A stretch of 64,000 nt of DNA from Polyangia bacterium (GTDB lineage Bacteria; Myxococcota_A; Polyangia; Nannocystales; Nannocystaceae): NCBI GenBank assembly GCA_030429545.1, contig JAUIFF010000001.1, forward strand, positions 339,599 through 403,598. The letters run 5' to 3'. Below are positions 19,169-27,808 of this stretch, piece after piece (within the stretch, counting starts at the first letter, position 1; each line of letters starts with the position of its first letter). The position numbers were made by a program, and so were the translations under genes. The notes under the pieces were generated by a model. That model was not told where the DNA came from. It did not search any database and saw nothing but the letters and a program-made list of their open reading frames with translations.

Positions 19169-19876
19169 TCAAAACCCACCTCCGAAGAAAAGACCAAAGT
19201 AATTTGCATCGACTAAAATCGGGGAGGCACGGATTTTTTCTAGGTAGTTTCGAGAAAATTGAAAACCGGCTCGTACGAAATTTGTTTGCATCGAGAGTTC
19301 GCTACAAATACCGAGGGCCGCCTGCTTCTCGCGCCCTAGATACGCTAGTACTTCAGAGCGGACATACTGGAAGTGTGCGTAAAAATTGAAGCGGTTGAAC
19401 TTGAGTTTTTCTTCCCACTCTCGAAACACGCCTACTCGTACGGACGCATAGTTTAGGCGGGGCCTGTTCAGAGCTACACTTTCGCGCGCCGCAATCTCGA
19501 GGACGGTATCGTTAAACGCTTCACGAAAGGCCGCTGGCCGCCAGTAGACTTCTGCGTTCTGGCTGTGTAAATCAAGTGAAGCTGACCAGTGGTATCCGGA
19601 TGCTATGTCCACGGGGGTCTCTTCAGCGTCTTGAACCTTGATTTCTCGGATCGACTGAATAAAGCCTCGCAAGGCGGCCAGTGCATTGAGTGGACGTCCA
19701 TCGGCTAGTGACTGGAGCAACGAGCCGTATGTGTTTATAATAGGTGATTCGATAGTGTAGACTGGTCCCTTGTCATGTTTACTGGCAGTTGAGAACTTTT
19801 CGGTGAAAATTGCATAGCCCACTTTTGCCCGAATATAGTTCCTGTATCCTAGGTGGCCTCCGGCGACAAAAAGCAT
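19169..19876 (-). CDS. outer-membrane beta-barrel-like protein (C-terminal portion); lower-GC gene
   Basis: Alternating hydrophobic pattern. C-terminus ...VDANYFGLFFGGGF ends in Phe, the classic OMP signature. Local GC is about 50% against a background of about 68%. Confidence 0.4.
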   Translation of the reverse strand: MLFVAGGHLGYRNYIRAKVGYAIFTEKFSTASKHDKGPVYTIESPIINTYGSLLQSLADGRPLNALAALRGFIQSIREIKVQDAEETPVDIASGYHWSASLDLHSQNAEVYWRPAAFREAFNDTVLEIAARESVALNRPRLNYASVRVGVFREWEEKLKFNRFNFYAHFQYVRSEVLAYLGREKQAALGICSELSMQTNFVRAGFQFSRNYLEKIRASPILVDANYFGLFFGGGF

Positions 19877-20307
19877 ACGCGTAACCTCCTCCGGCCTTCG
19901 ATCGGGTTCAGGTGGCGACTTCGGTGGCGTATAGTCATCGGACTCGTAACTACCAATTCTGGCAAATGATAGAGTATAGAATGTGCCAACCTCAAACTCG
20001 GGGTGTTGTCCTCACGTTTTGTGATTGCCATCAAGTAGCGTTGGGAGATTACGTTGTTCGTAATCGTTTCATCGAAGTGTTGAAATGCCTGATCTGCTCG
20101 GGAGTTCTTGAGGACATCTGCTGGTGTGTCACCTAGGGGAGATTGAAGTGTAAGAAGTTGAAGCGGTACCAGTGCAAGCGTCCTCTTCGTGGTCCAGCGG
20201 CTCCGACTCATGGACATTTGCCGGATGTCCTCAGTCTGGGAGATACGGACGGGGTGAGAAGAGCACTCGGTACAGCAGCATAGTTTGGTATGGAACTTTG
20301 CGAGCAT
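19169..20307 (-). pseudogene. possible frameshifted OMP gene (ORFs 19849..20307 and 19169..19876 overlap 28 nt in different frames)
   Basis: The upstream ORF has a signal-like stretch (TKRTLALVPLQLLTLQSPLG) but no barrel. The downstream ORF has the barrel but no signal peptide. Both lie in the same low-GC islet, consistent with one gene split by a frameshift or a sequencing error. Confidence 0.3.
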
Positions 20308-20382
20308 GTGCGCTTTTATACCAACATTGGCGCGAAACTTTGCCTCTGGTGCACACGCCGAATTTCGGCTTACAGCTACCAG

Positions 20383-21483
20383 CTATAAATCGAGAAGTAT
20401 CTCGGGACCACGGGCGAGCGGGCGCTTGGGAAACGGCCGCACCCCACGGACCCGTTGGCCGCGGACGGGCATATACCGATCGTGCCAGCGGCCATCGATG
20501 TAGACCTCGACAAACGGAGCCGGCAGTGAGTAGCCCGAGGCTTCCATTTCGCGGGTCGAGACATGGAAGTGGATGTGTGGGCCCGAGCTGCTGCCGCTGT
20601 TGCCGGCCTTCCCGAGGTATTGGCCGACTTCCACGCGGTCGCCTTTTTTGACCGTGAGCGTGCCGGGAATGAAGTGCCAAAGCGACGAGGTCTCGCCGAA
20701 GCCGTGGTCGAGCACGAGGCCGTTGCCTCCCTTTTTCCCGCGCTTGCCAGGCACGTTTTCGCGGACGCCGTCGACCGCGTGGATCACCGTGCCCGAAGCC
20801 GGTGCATATACAGGTTGCCCGTAGCAAAAGTACTGGCTGTTGCGCTTGCCGTTGCCGACCCGTTGGCGCCCGTTTTTGCGGACCACCAGGTCGTAGGCAA
20901 ACCGCTGCTTGCGGCTACCATGGTGGTAGTTGGTCGCTTTACGTCGCCCGCCGTGGGCAACCGTCCACTCGCCCACGCTGGGAAAGTGAAACCGGGTGAC
21001 GGGCAGGTAGTGCTCCGCCGGGGGCTCGAGCTCGGCCAGCGAAAGATGCTCACGGACGAGCAGACGTTCGAGGGTGCGGTCGGGGTTGATCGCAAATTGG
21101 TAGAGCATCAGCCGCTTGGGGCCGGTCGGCGAGGGGGGTTTTTGTGCATGTAAAACGACCCCCGAGTACCACAGCAGGTCATCCTCGCGATGCAGGCGCT
21201 CCTCGACGATCCCGACCACGTCGCCGTAGCTCGATGCAATCCGTTGACTAGCCTGCGACAGCATCTCGCCCGAAACCTGCGTGCGCAGGGTGGGGCTCAT
21301 CCAGGCCACGATCGCCGGAATTTTTTTGTGGGTCACGGCATCGATCAGGCGATCGGCCTCGGGCAGTAGCGCACTTTTGGGAGCGACGGTGGTCGGTGGG
21401 CGTTTGAGGGTTTGCGGACGGCAAGCAAACGCTGAGGTGGCGAGCCACAAACCCAAAACTGCGATCGGTCGGTACCTTCGCAT
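20383..21483 (-). CDS. M23 (LytM/lysostaphin-type) peptidase-family protein
   Basis: ATG at 21483 (MRRYRPIAVLGLWLATSAFAC, signal/lipobox). C-terminal domain has GNSGSSSGPHIHFHV (the HxH motif) and ...LVLDHGFGETSSLWHF.... The first HxxxD zinc motif is not obvious by eye, so it may be degenerate. Confidence 0.7.
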   Translation of the reverse strand: MRRYRPIAVLGLWLATSAFACRPQTLKRPPTTVAPKSALLPEADRLIDAVTHKKIPAIVAWMSPTLRTQVSGEMLSQASQRIASSYGDVVGIVEERLHREDDLLWYSGVVLHAQKPPSPTGPKRLMLYQFAINPDRTLERLLVREHLSLAELEPPAEHYLPVTRFHFPSVGEWTVAHGGRRKATNYHHGSRKQRFAYDLVVRKNGRQRVGNGKRNSQYFCYGQPVYAPASGTVIHAVDGVRENVPGKRGKKGGNGLVLDHGFGETSSLWHFIPGTLTVKKGDRVEVGQYLGKAGNSGSSSGPHIHFHVSTREMEASGYSLPAPFVEVYIDGRWHDRYMPVRGQRVRGVRPFPKRPLARGPEILLDL

Positions 21484-21641
21484 GCGCCGCTGGAGTGTAT
21501 CAGAAGCTTCCGGCCCGTGACGCGGGGTTTTCGCCCGGTGACCCGGTGCTGTTGTGGGCAGTCCCGGGCGGGGGGAGCCGCCACCGCGCACCGATTTGTA
21601 TGAGCAAGTAATTTAGAGCAACAGGCCGGATTTTAATTTGA

Positions 21642-22598
21642 CTATGCATGATTTTCGCGGGGGACGATGTTGTAGGCCGTGCGCAGCTCATCGCATGTGC
21701 GGGCAAAGTCGTCCCACGGCTGCCAACCCAGGCACAGCTGCTTGGTCACCTTGCTGCCCCGGACGTACCCTCGCAGCAGGCGTGCCGGATCTTTGAGTGC
21801 CATCTTTGTGGGTTTGTCGACCGGGGTCACGCGCAGGCCGAGTTGGAATTGTGCCAGGGCAAAGAACATGGAGAACACCGGGTCCTTGGTGATATTCGCC
21901 GCCTGGAACGCGACAATTTCGCATTCTTCTGCCGCGCTGGTTCCGTATTCGCCGAGGACGTGGAGGCAGTCGTGAAACACGATTGGCTCGGGTGGACCTC
22001 CTTTTTCACCCGGCAGGGCAAACCCGTTTTCCCGGGTAAACCGGTAGTATTCACGGCCGAGCGTGCCCTTGGGGTAGTCGGCGAGGGCCTGGTAACGCGC
22101 CGCGAGTTTGGGGTCGGGGATGTTGGCCACGCTTTTGAACAGGGTCACAGCGCCGGCGAGTCCCCGGGTTTTGACAAACTCGATCGCACGTTGGCCTGAG
22201 AACCCGCGGCGGACCGTGTCGAGCCGAAACAGCGTGGCCCAGCCGTGGGCGAGGCGCTCGACATCGGTGACCGCTTGGCTGTCGATTTCCAAGGCGTCGG
22301 CCAGCTGTCGCAGGATCTTGCCTTCGTTTTTGGTCGCCTCGCCATCGATCAACGCGACGACGATCGCGGCATTGAGCATACGTTCGCGAAATGGGCCCTC
22401 CGGGACGATGTCGGCGAGCTCTTCGGGCGTAATCGGCAACAGGGCATCGAGGTCGAAGTCTGTGTGGAGGATGTACTCTTGGGCCGCGTTGAGCAGGTCG
22501 TACTCTAATTCGTGGAAGTGGCCATCGGCCAGGGCGACACCCTTGAGGGCGCGCAGGGCTGCATGGGCAACAGGACGGGGAGGGGTGATGGTGTACAT
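21642..22598 (-). CDS. hypothetical protein: TerB-like N-terminal domain fused to a Coq4-like domain (HDxxH-x11-E)
   Basis: ATG at 22598 (MYTITPP...) verified. The N-terminal roughly 120 aa shows the TerB-like pattern (...LADGHFHELEYDLLN...LIDGEATKNEGKIL...). The C-terminal region has FHDCLHVLGEYGTSAAEECE, which matches the Coq4 zinc motif HDxxH(x)11E. Divergent from an AraC-family regulator gene. Confidence 0.5.
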   Translation of the reverse strand: MYTITPPRPVAHAALRALKGVALADGHFHELEYDLLNAAQEYILHTDFDLDALLPITPEELADIVPEGPFRERMLNAAIVVALIDGEATKNEGKILRQLADALEIDSQAVTDVERLAHGWATLFRLDTVRRGFSGQRAIEFVKTRGLAGAVTLFKSVANIPDPKLAARYQALADYPKGTLGREYYRFTRENGFALPGEKGGPPEPIVFHDCLHVLGEYGTSAAEECEIVAFQAANITKDPVFSMFFALAQFQLGLRVTPVDKPTKMALKDPARLLRGYVRGSKVTKQLCLGWQPWDDFARTCDELRTAYNIVPRENHA

Positions 22599-22746
22599 GA
22601 CAATGGCTCCTTCTCGCCAGTTTCGCGGCCAGCGAATGCGGCGCGGTGACTGGTGATTTGAGGATGGGGCGAGCACTGGCCACGCGGTAGGACCGGATGC
22701 GCCAGAGATTGAACAGTTCGCGCCATCGCCCCGGTACAATCGACCG

Positions 22747-23796
22747 ATGCCGAACCAGGCCACTGGCGGTCGGGAGACGATCCTGGCGAGCTTTGCCAGC
22801 TCGCTGTTGGCATTTGTGCGCGCGCGCAAGCTGCCCGAGGTTCGGTTTTATGAGTTGGCCACGAAGTATGGCGAGCGGCCGGAAAATTGGCATGAACGCG
22901 ACCGACGTGTACCGCTCGGGTTGGTCCGCGAAGCCTGGGAGTGGCTGGCCGAAACCTGCCCGGGCCCGATCGGGCTCGAGATGGCCCAGTACTTTGCCGG
23001 CTTACAAACCCAGGGACCGGTTGGCATTGCGGCCGCGCTCGCACCAGACCTCAAAACCGGGCTCGAAGTGTTTGTCCGCTACCAGTCGGTCTTGCGTGTG
23101 CTCCGAACATCGAGTTTTCGCATGCAGGACACCGAAATCGGGAGCGTGGTGCACATCGACTATGACTATGGCCTGAGTTTCGCAATCCCACGGATCGTCG
23201 AGTTTGCAGCCGCGCTCACCCTGTTGTTTGCCCGCGAGCTGAGCCAAGACAGCTCTGTTGTTCCGCGAACCGTTCAGTTTGCACATACATGTGTTGGCAT
23301 GCCTCAAGACTACCGGCAACACTTTGGGGTCGATGTTTCATTTGCGGCCGCCAACAATGCGATGACCTTCGACCCGGCCACACTCGCCACCGTGTTGCCA
23401 ACCGCAAAACCCGAGGTTCTGCACTACCTGCGACAGCACTTGGAGAGGGTCAAACAGCAACTAGAGCCCCAGGCAGGCGATGCGCTGGCCGAGGTGCGAC
23501 GGGCTGTTGCCGAGCACGCTGCCCGCGGGGAGTTTCGCGGCGAGATCATTGCCAAGAGTTTAGGGGTCTCCCTTCGCAGCCTCCAGCGGCGGGTCCACGC
23601 CAGCGGGACATCGTTGCGGGCACTTGTCGACGAAACCCGATTGGTCCACGCCCGCGAGCTGTTGACCAATGCCAAGCTGTCGACCGAGGAGGTTGCGTTT
23701 TTACTGGGGTACTCCGAGTTGCGGAGTTTTAATCGTGCGTTCAAACGCTGGACCGGGCGGACCCCAGCACAGTTTCGCAGGGGCAAATATATGTAG
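22747..23796 (+). CDS. AraC-family transcriptional regulator (N-terminal AraC-binding-like domain plus C-terminal HTH)
   Basis: C-terminus ...LSTEEVAFLLGYSELRSFNRAFKRWTGRTPAQFRR is the canonical AraC HTH_18 signature. Confidence 0.75.
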   Translation: MPNQATGGRETILASFASSLLAFVRARKLPEVRFYELATKYGERPENWHERDRRVPLGLVREAWEWLAETCPGPIGLEMAQYFAGLQTQGPVGIAAALAPDLKTGLEVFVRYQSVLRVLRTSSFRMQDTEIGSVVHIDYDYGLSFAIPRIVEFAAALTLLFARELSQDSSVVPRTVQFAHTCVGMPQDYRQHFGVDVSFAAANNAMTFDPATLATVLPTAKPEVLHYLRQHLERVKQQLEPQAGDALAEVRRAVAEHAARGEFRGEIIAKSLGVSLRSLQRRVHASGTSLRALVDETRLVHARELLTNAKLSTEEVAFLLGYSELRSFNRAFKRWTGRTPAQFRRGKYM

Positions 23797-23819
23797 GAGC
23801 AAGATTATCGAGGTCCGCG

Positions 23820-24050
23820 TTACCCACTCGGCGGCGTGTACTCAAAGACATGTTCGAGCGGGACCCCAAACACCGTGGCAATGCGAAACGCGACCTCGAG
23901 AGATGGGGAGTATTTGTTGCCCTCGATCGCGTTGACGGTTTGCCGGGTCACCCCGATCGCGTCGGCGAGCTGCTGTTGGGTCATCGCGTCGTGCTCAAAT
24001 CGCAGGCGGCGGATGTTGTTGGTAATCGTCGACTTTGGCTTGCGCCCCAT
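23820..24050 (-). CDS. XRE-family (Cro/C1) HTH transcriptional regulator
   Basis: ATG at 24050 verified ([71 protein letters not shown]). Classic short HTH_3 protein. Start immediately follows the stop of the upstream membrane-protein gene. Confidence 0.75.
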   Translation of the reverse strand: MGRKPKSTITNNIRRLRFEHDAMTQQQLADAIGVTRQTVNAIEGNKYSPSLEVAFRIATVFGVPLEHVFEYTPPSG

Positions 24051-24052
24051 CG

Positions 24053-24472
24053 CTAAAAACCTCGGCGGTAGTACAGCAGCTGCAGCGCGGCCTTGAGTAA
24101 CTCGGCCAAAAACAGCGAGAGCAGCAACAGGTGGGCGACCCAGACATTCGGCACGGCGACGACCATCGCGCTGATACCCGCGAGAATACCGACCCCGACC
24201 AGCCACGAGGCATTGGCCTCGGCCCGCCAGGCGATCAGGCGGTCGCGTTCATCGCGTTCGTCGGCCCGTCCGAGGACTTTGGCGGCGATACTACCCGCGG
24301 CGATCAGGGCGACCTGCACAACCACTGCAATTGTAAACAGGGGCACGTAGGCCACCAAATTCGTCACGCCAGCACGCAACATCGAGCCGGCGACCACAAA
24401 GTAGATACCGAGTGCGAGCAGCAGCGCAATCATGTTGACCCAGACGATTCGCTCTTCAAAAGATGTGTTCAT
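24053..24472 (-). CDS. DUF2178-like small integral membrane protein (partner of the XRE regulator)
   Basis: Four hydrophobic helices with a conserved charged loop ([17 protein letters not shown]). A co-oriented, nearly overlapping arrangement with a short XRE HTH gene is the usual DUF2178 plus HTH pair. Assignment from memory. Confidence 0.6.
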   Translation of the reverse strand: MNTSFEERIVWVNMIALLLALGIYFVVAGSMLRAGVTNLVAYVPLFTIAVVVQVALIAAGSIAAKVLGRADERDERDRLIAWRAEANASWLVGVGILAGISAMVVAVPNVWVAHLLLLSLFLAELLKAALQLLYYRRGF

Positions 24473-24479
24473 CGTTGCC

Positions 24480-24600
24480 TTGTGGTGGAAAGTATTTTTG
24501 ACACCGTGTAAAAGTTAATCGACATGCCCACGATGTCAAATAATTTTTACAAGGTCGACAAAATCTACATATTAACAGATATATACGTGGTTCTGCAGCC
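24480..24600 (-). promoter_or_regulatory. AT-rich promoter/operator region upstream of the DUF2178-XRE operon
   Basis: About 120 bp at roughly 35-40% GC in a roughly 68% GC genome. Inverted repeat tttgaca...tgtcaaa (24495-24540). Three TCGACA half-sites (ttaatcgacatg, ggtcgacaaaatc). Confidence 0.35.
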
Positions 24601-24741
24601 CGGGAGCGGCTGGTTTGGGCGTGTCAGTGCGCAGATTCGAACGTAGGCAACGCAAGTCAGCGCGCAGATCCGAATGCGGGCACCGCAAGCCATCTCGCCG
24701 GGCGAGACGACCTGCTGACCTGCTGACCTGTGGACCGGACC

Positions 24742-27700
24742 CTAGAATTTTGCCGAGGTGAACACCGGGTCGAGTTGACCAAAGCCAACAAACTCTTGCG
24801 ATTGGTGCGAGAGCAGGCGTTCGCGGATAAACCGGTGGTCGGCCACGGCTTCGCCGACGAGCAGCTTGACGACTTCGCGTGGCCGGACACCACCCTCGGC
24901 GCCCATGCGTAGGCGAAACCGCAGCAGGCTCGCGTCGCGATCGAGGCTGGCCGACAGCAGGTGCGGGCGGATATCGACCTGCACGGTCTCGGGAGCCTGT
25001 GTATGTGCATGCTTACGCAGGCGTTTGCCGCGTTTTTTGCGTTTGCGCGGTCGCTCGACAAACAGCGACTCGGCACGTAGGTGCTCTTCGAGGGTTTGCG
25101 CGACCTTCTGTGCCTGATCGGGGCCGAGCGCGACGGCGTAATCGGCCGCGTCGACAAGCGCACCGGCCTTGCGCTCGCCCGGGCTCAAAAGCCGCAATCC
25201 GACCAACACAAGCCCGGGAGGTGCAACCTCACGGAGCTTCTCCAAAACCTCGTCGGCGCGTTGCTGGCGAAGTTCGTCGGTCCACATCCCGGCCATGTCG
25301 CGGTCGGAGTCGGGCAGCAAGATCGCGAGGTCGACAACTTCTTCGAGTGCAGCCATGCCCAGCGGTAGGGCTGGCCCAAAGCTCATACGCGGCGTCGGGT
25401 TGAAGCCGCGGGTAAAGCCCATTTCAATCCGGGCCCGCCGCAGCATCCGCGGAATGATGCGGACGAGGTCGAGGTGGCCCATGAAACACATGCTCCCCTG
25501 CTTGGCAAACAGCAGGCGCGCACGGCTGTACGGGGCCTCAGCGTTTTCGCGGTACATGTGGTCGGCCGGCAACTTGCTGGGACTCAGCCGCCCCTTGAGC
25601 CGGGACAACGGGACGATGTCGCCAGCTGGTGGGGCGCTTGGCTCCTCGGGGTCTTGTTGTACTTGCACGGTTTCCAGGGTGCGCAGCGCTTCGATCCGTT
25701 CGCTGCGCATCTCAGACATATCGCAGGCAATTCCGCAGTCGTAGCACACCAGCCGCCGGGCGTCGTTTTCGGCCTCGGGGCGGTTGGTGTGATGGACCTG
25801 GGCACCAAACGGCTTGCCGCACGGGGGCGAGTGCCGGCTTTTGAGGGCCTTGCGGTACTCGTCGGCCAAAAACCCGGGCTCGAGCCCAATGTCGATGTGG
25901 TCCCACGGCAGGCGGGCGTCGACGGGAATGGTGCCGGTGTATAGGCTGGGCTCGATCCCCGCGCCTTCGAGGGCGTCGAGCCAGCGTTGAAACGAGAAGC
26001 ACTCGCGCCAGCCCTCAAACCTCGAACCTGCCTTATAGGCCAGCTCCAAGGCCTCGCCCATGCGCCGGTCGCCACGGGCAAACAAACACTCGAGCCAGCT
26101 CTCCTCTTGGTTGTGGGTTTTGAGCGAAACCTTGGCCCGCTTGGCGAGGTCTCGCAGCATCGCAACTTTGCTGCGCAGGTCGCTGAGGTTGTCCATCGCC
26201 GCCCACTGAAACGGGGTATGCGGTTTGGGCACGTGCTGCGAAACAGAGCAGGTCACCGAGGGCACGCGGTCGAGCTTTAACTCGCGGGCGAGCTGGCGAA
26301 CCTTGCGACCGGTTTCGATAATGCCGACGACGTCCTCCTCGGTCTCGGTCGGCAAACCCATAATAAAGTACATCTTGATGCGGTCGTAGCCGCGTTCAAA
26401 GATCCGCCGGGCAGAGGTCAGGATGTCCTCGTCGCTGACGTTTTTGTTGATGACGTTGCGCATCCGCTGGGTGCCGGCCTCGGGGGCAAACGTGAGGCCG
26501 TTGATGCCCACGGTTTTGATCTCGTCGAGCAGGGATTCGTCGAGCCCATAGGCACGCAGGCTGGCGACCCCGAGTTTGACCTTGCGCTTGCGCAACTCCG
26601 GGGTGAGGGCCTTGATCAGCGGATTGATGCACGAGACATCGGCGGTGCTCAGGGCGGTGAGGCTGGTTTCGGAAAACCCGGCATTGTCGACCCCGTCGAG
26701 CACGGCCTTGACGACCGCATCGGGGCTGCGCTCACGGACAGGTCGGTAAATGATGCCGGCCTGGCAAAATCGGCAGCCCTCGGTACAACCGCGGGTAATT
26801 TCGACACTGGCGCGGTCGAAGATAGCCTCGGCGTAGGGCACCGGAAAGTCGGTCGGAAACGGATATTTGTCGAGGTCGCGCACCCACACCCGGCCAATGG
26901 TTTTTGGTGCATCTGCATCGATACCCGCCTGGGTGCGACCGACCACGACCTGCAGTGAGCTGCGCGGGTCGATCTCGACGCGATAAAATGCGGGGACATA
27001 GATGCCCGGGACCCGGGCGCAGGCGGCCAAAACTTCGGCCCGCGTCTTGCCGGCACGGCGCATCTTGCCGATCAGGCGCAGCAGGTCGGGGAGCACTTCC
27101 TCGGCCTCTCCCACCAAAAACAGGTCGATAAACGCGGCCAGTGGCTCAGGGTGGGTCGCCGTGGGCCCCCCGGCAATGACGATCGGGTGGGCGTCGTTGC
27201 GATCGGCACTGCGAAGCGGCACCCCCCCTAAGTCGAGGTTTTGCAGCACGTTGGTGTAACACAACTCATATTGCAGGCTCACGCCGACAACATCGAACGC
27301 GTGCAGGGGCAGGGCGTTTTCGAGGCTCACCAGCGGCAGGTTGCGGGCGCGCAGCTCGGCCTCGACATCTACCCACGGGCTAAACGAGCGCTCACAGGCG
27401 AGGTCTTCGTGTCCGTTGATCAACTTGTAGATGATCTTGGTGCCGAGGTGGCTCATCCCAACTTCGTAGAGGTCTGGAAACGCGAGCACAAACCGACAGG
27501 CAAGGTCGGCGGTGAGCGGTTTGACGGTTTGTTGCTCCTCGCCCCCGAGGTAGCGCCCGGGCTTGGCCATCCGCCCTAAGAACTCAGCATAGGGGTGACC
27601 CGCCAGAACATGGGTGGCCGGCAGGGCGTCGAGGTTGCGATCTTCGACCTCGGAGCCAGAAGTTGTCGTGGGTTGGGATAGGTGTGCCATAGCCGCAACC

Positions 27701-27756
27701 GCCCTTGTGCCACAAACCGAGCAGCGATTCCATGTCTGCCGCCGTGACACAGCCAC
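24742..27756 (-). CDS. fused radical SAM protein: B12-binding-like N-domain plus radical SAM core (TIGR03960-type) plus C-terminal DUF2344/TIGR03936-type domain
   Basis: CTEGCRFCQAG (CxxxCxxC) radical SAM cluster motif. N-terminal region shows the B12-binding-like TIGR03960 pattern. A long C-terminal extension (...FMGHLDLVRIIPRMLRRARIEMGFTRGFNPTPRMSFGPALPLG...) is typical of the radical-SAM-linked DUF2344 protein. An alternative start at 27690 (MAHLSQ) was verified. Confidence 0.85.
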   Translation of the reverse strand: MAVSRRQTWNRCSVCGTRAVAAMAHLSQPTTTSGSEVEDRNLDALPATHVLAGHPYAEFLGRMAKPGRYLGGEEQQTVKPLTADLACRFVLAFPDLYEVGMSHLGTKIIYKLINGHEDLACERSFSPWVDVEAELRARNLPLVSLENALPLHAFDVVGVSLQYELCYTNVLQNLDLGGVPLRSADRNDAHPIVIAGGPTATHPEPLAAFIDLFLVGEAEEVLPDLLRLIGKMRRAGKTRAEVLAACARVPGIYVPAFYRVEIDPRSSLQVVVGRTQAGIDADAPKTIGRVWVRDLDKYPFPTDFPVPYAEAIFDRASVEITRGCTEGCRFCQAGIIYRPVRERSPDAVVKAVLDGVDNAGFSETSLTALSTADVSCINPLIKALTPELRKRKVKLGVASLRAYGLDESLLDEIKTVGINGLTFAPEAGTQRMRNVINKNVSDEDILTSARRIFERGYDRIKMYFIMGLPTETEEDVVGIIETGRKVRQLARELKLDRVPSVTCSVSQHVPKPHTPFQWAAMDNLSDLRSKVAMLRDLAKRAKVSLKTHNQEESWLECLFARGDRRMGEALELAYKAGSRFEGWRECFSFQRWLDALEGAGIEPSLYTGTIPVDARLPWDHIDIGLEPGFLADEYRKALKSRHSPPCGKPFGAQVHHTNRPEAENDARRLVCYDCGIACDMSEMRSERIEALRTLETVQVQQDPEEPSAPPAGDIVPLSRLKGRLSPSKLPADHMYRENAEAPYSRARLLFAKQGSMCFMGHLDLVRIIPRMLRRARIEMGFTRGFNPTPRMSFGPALPLGMAALEEVVDLAILLPDSDRDMAGMWTDELRQQRADEVLEKLREVAPPGLVLVGLRLLSPGERKAGALVDAADYAVALGPDQAQKVAQTLEEHLRAESLFVERPRKRKKRGKRLRKHAHTQAPETVQVDIRPHLLSASLDRDASLLRFRLRMGAEGGVRPREVVKLLVGEAVADHRFIRERLLSHQSQEFVGFGQLDPVFTSAKF

Positions 27757-27808
27757 CCGTATTCTCTGACTTGCACTGGGCGATCTGCAGCTTAGGATAC
27801 CCGGCGTT

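Noticed and set aside
20383-21483. Possibility that the M23 peptidase is a degenerate (non-catalytic) LytM factor
   Set aside because: The HxH motif is intact and my by-eye alignment of the first HxxxD motif is uncertain. Not enough evidence to claim inactivity.
24611-24700. tRNA-like appearance on the minus strand (ends ...CCA, contains gTTCGAATc)
   Set aside because: The would-be T-stem arms (ctacg/ctgcg) are not complementary and no acceptor-stem pairing exists. The sequence is better explained as two imperfect roughly 32-bp direct repeats.
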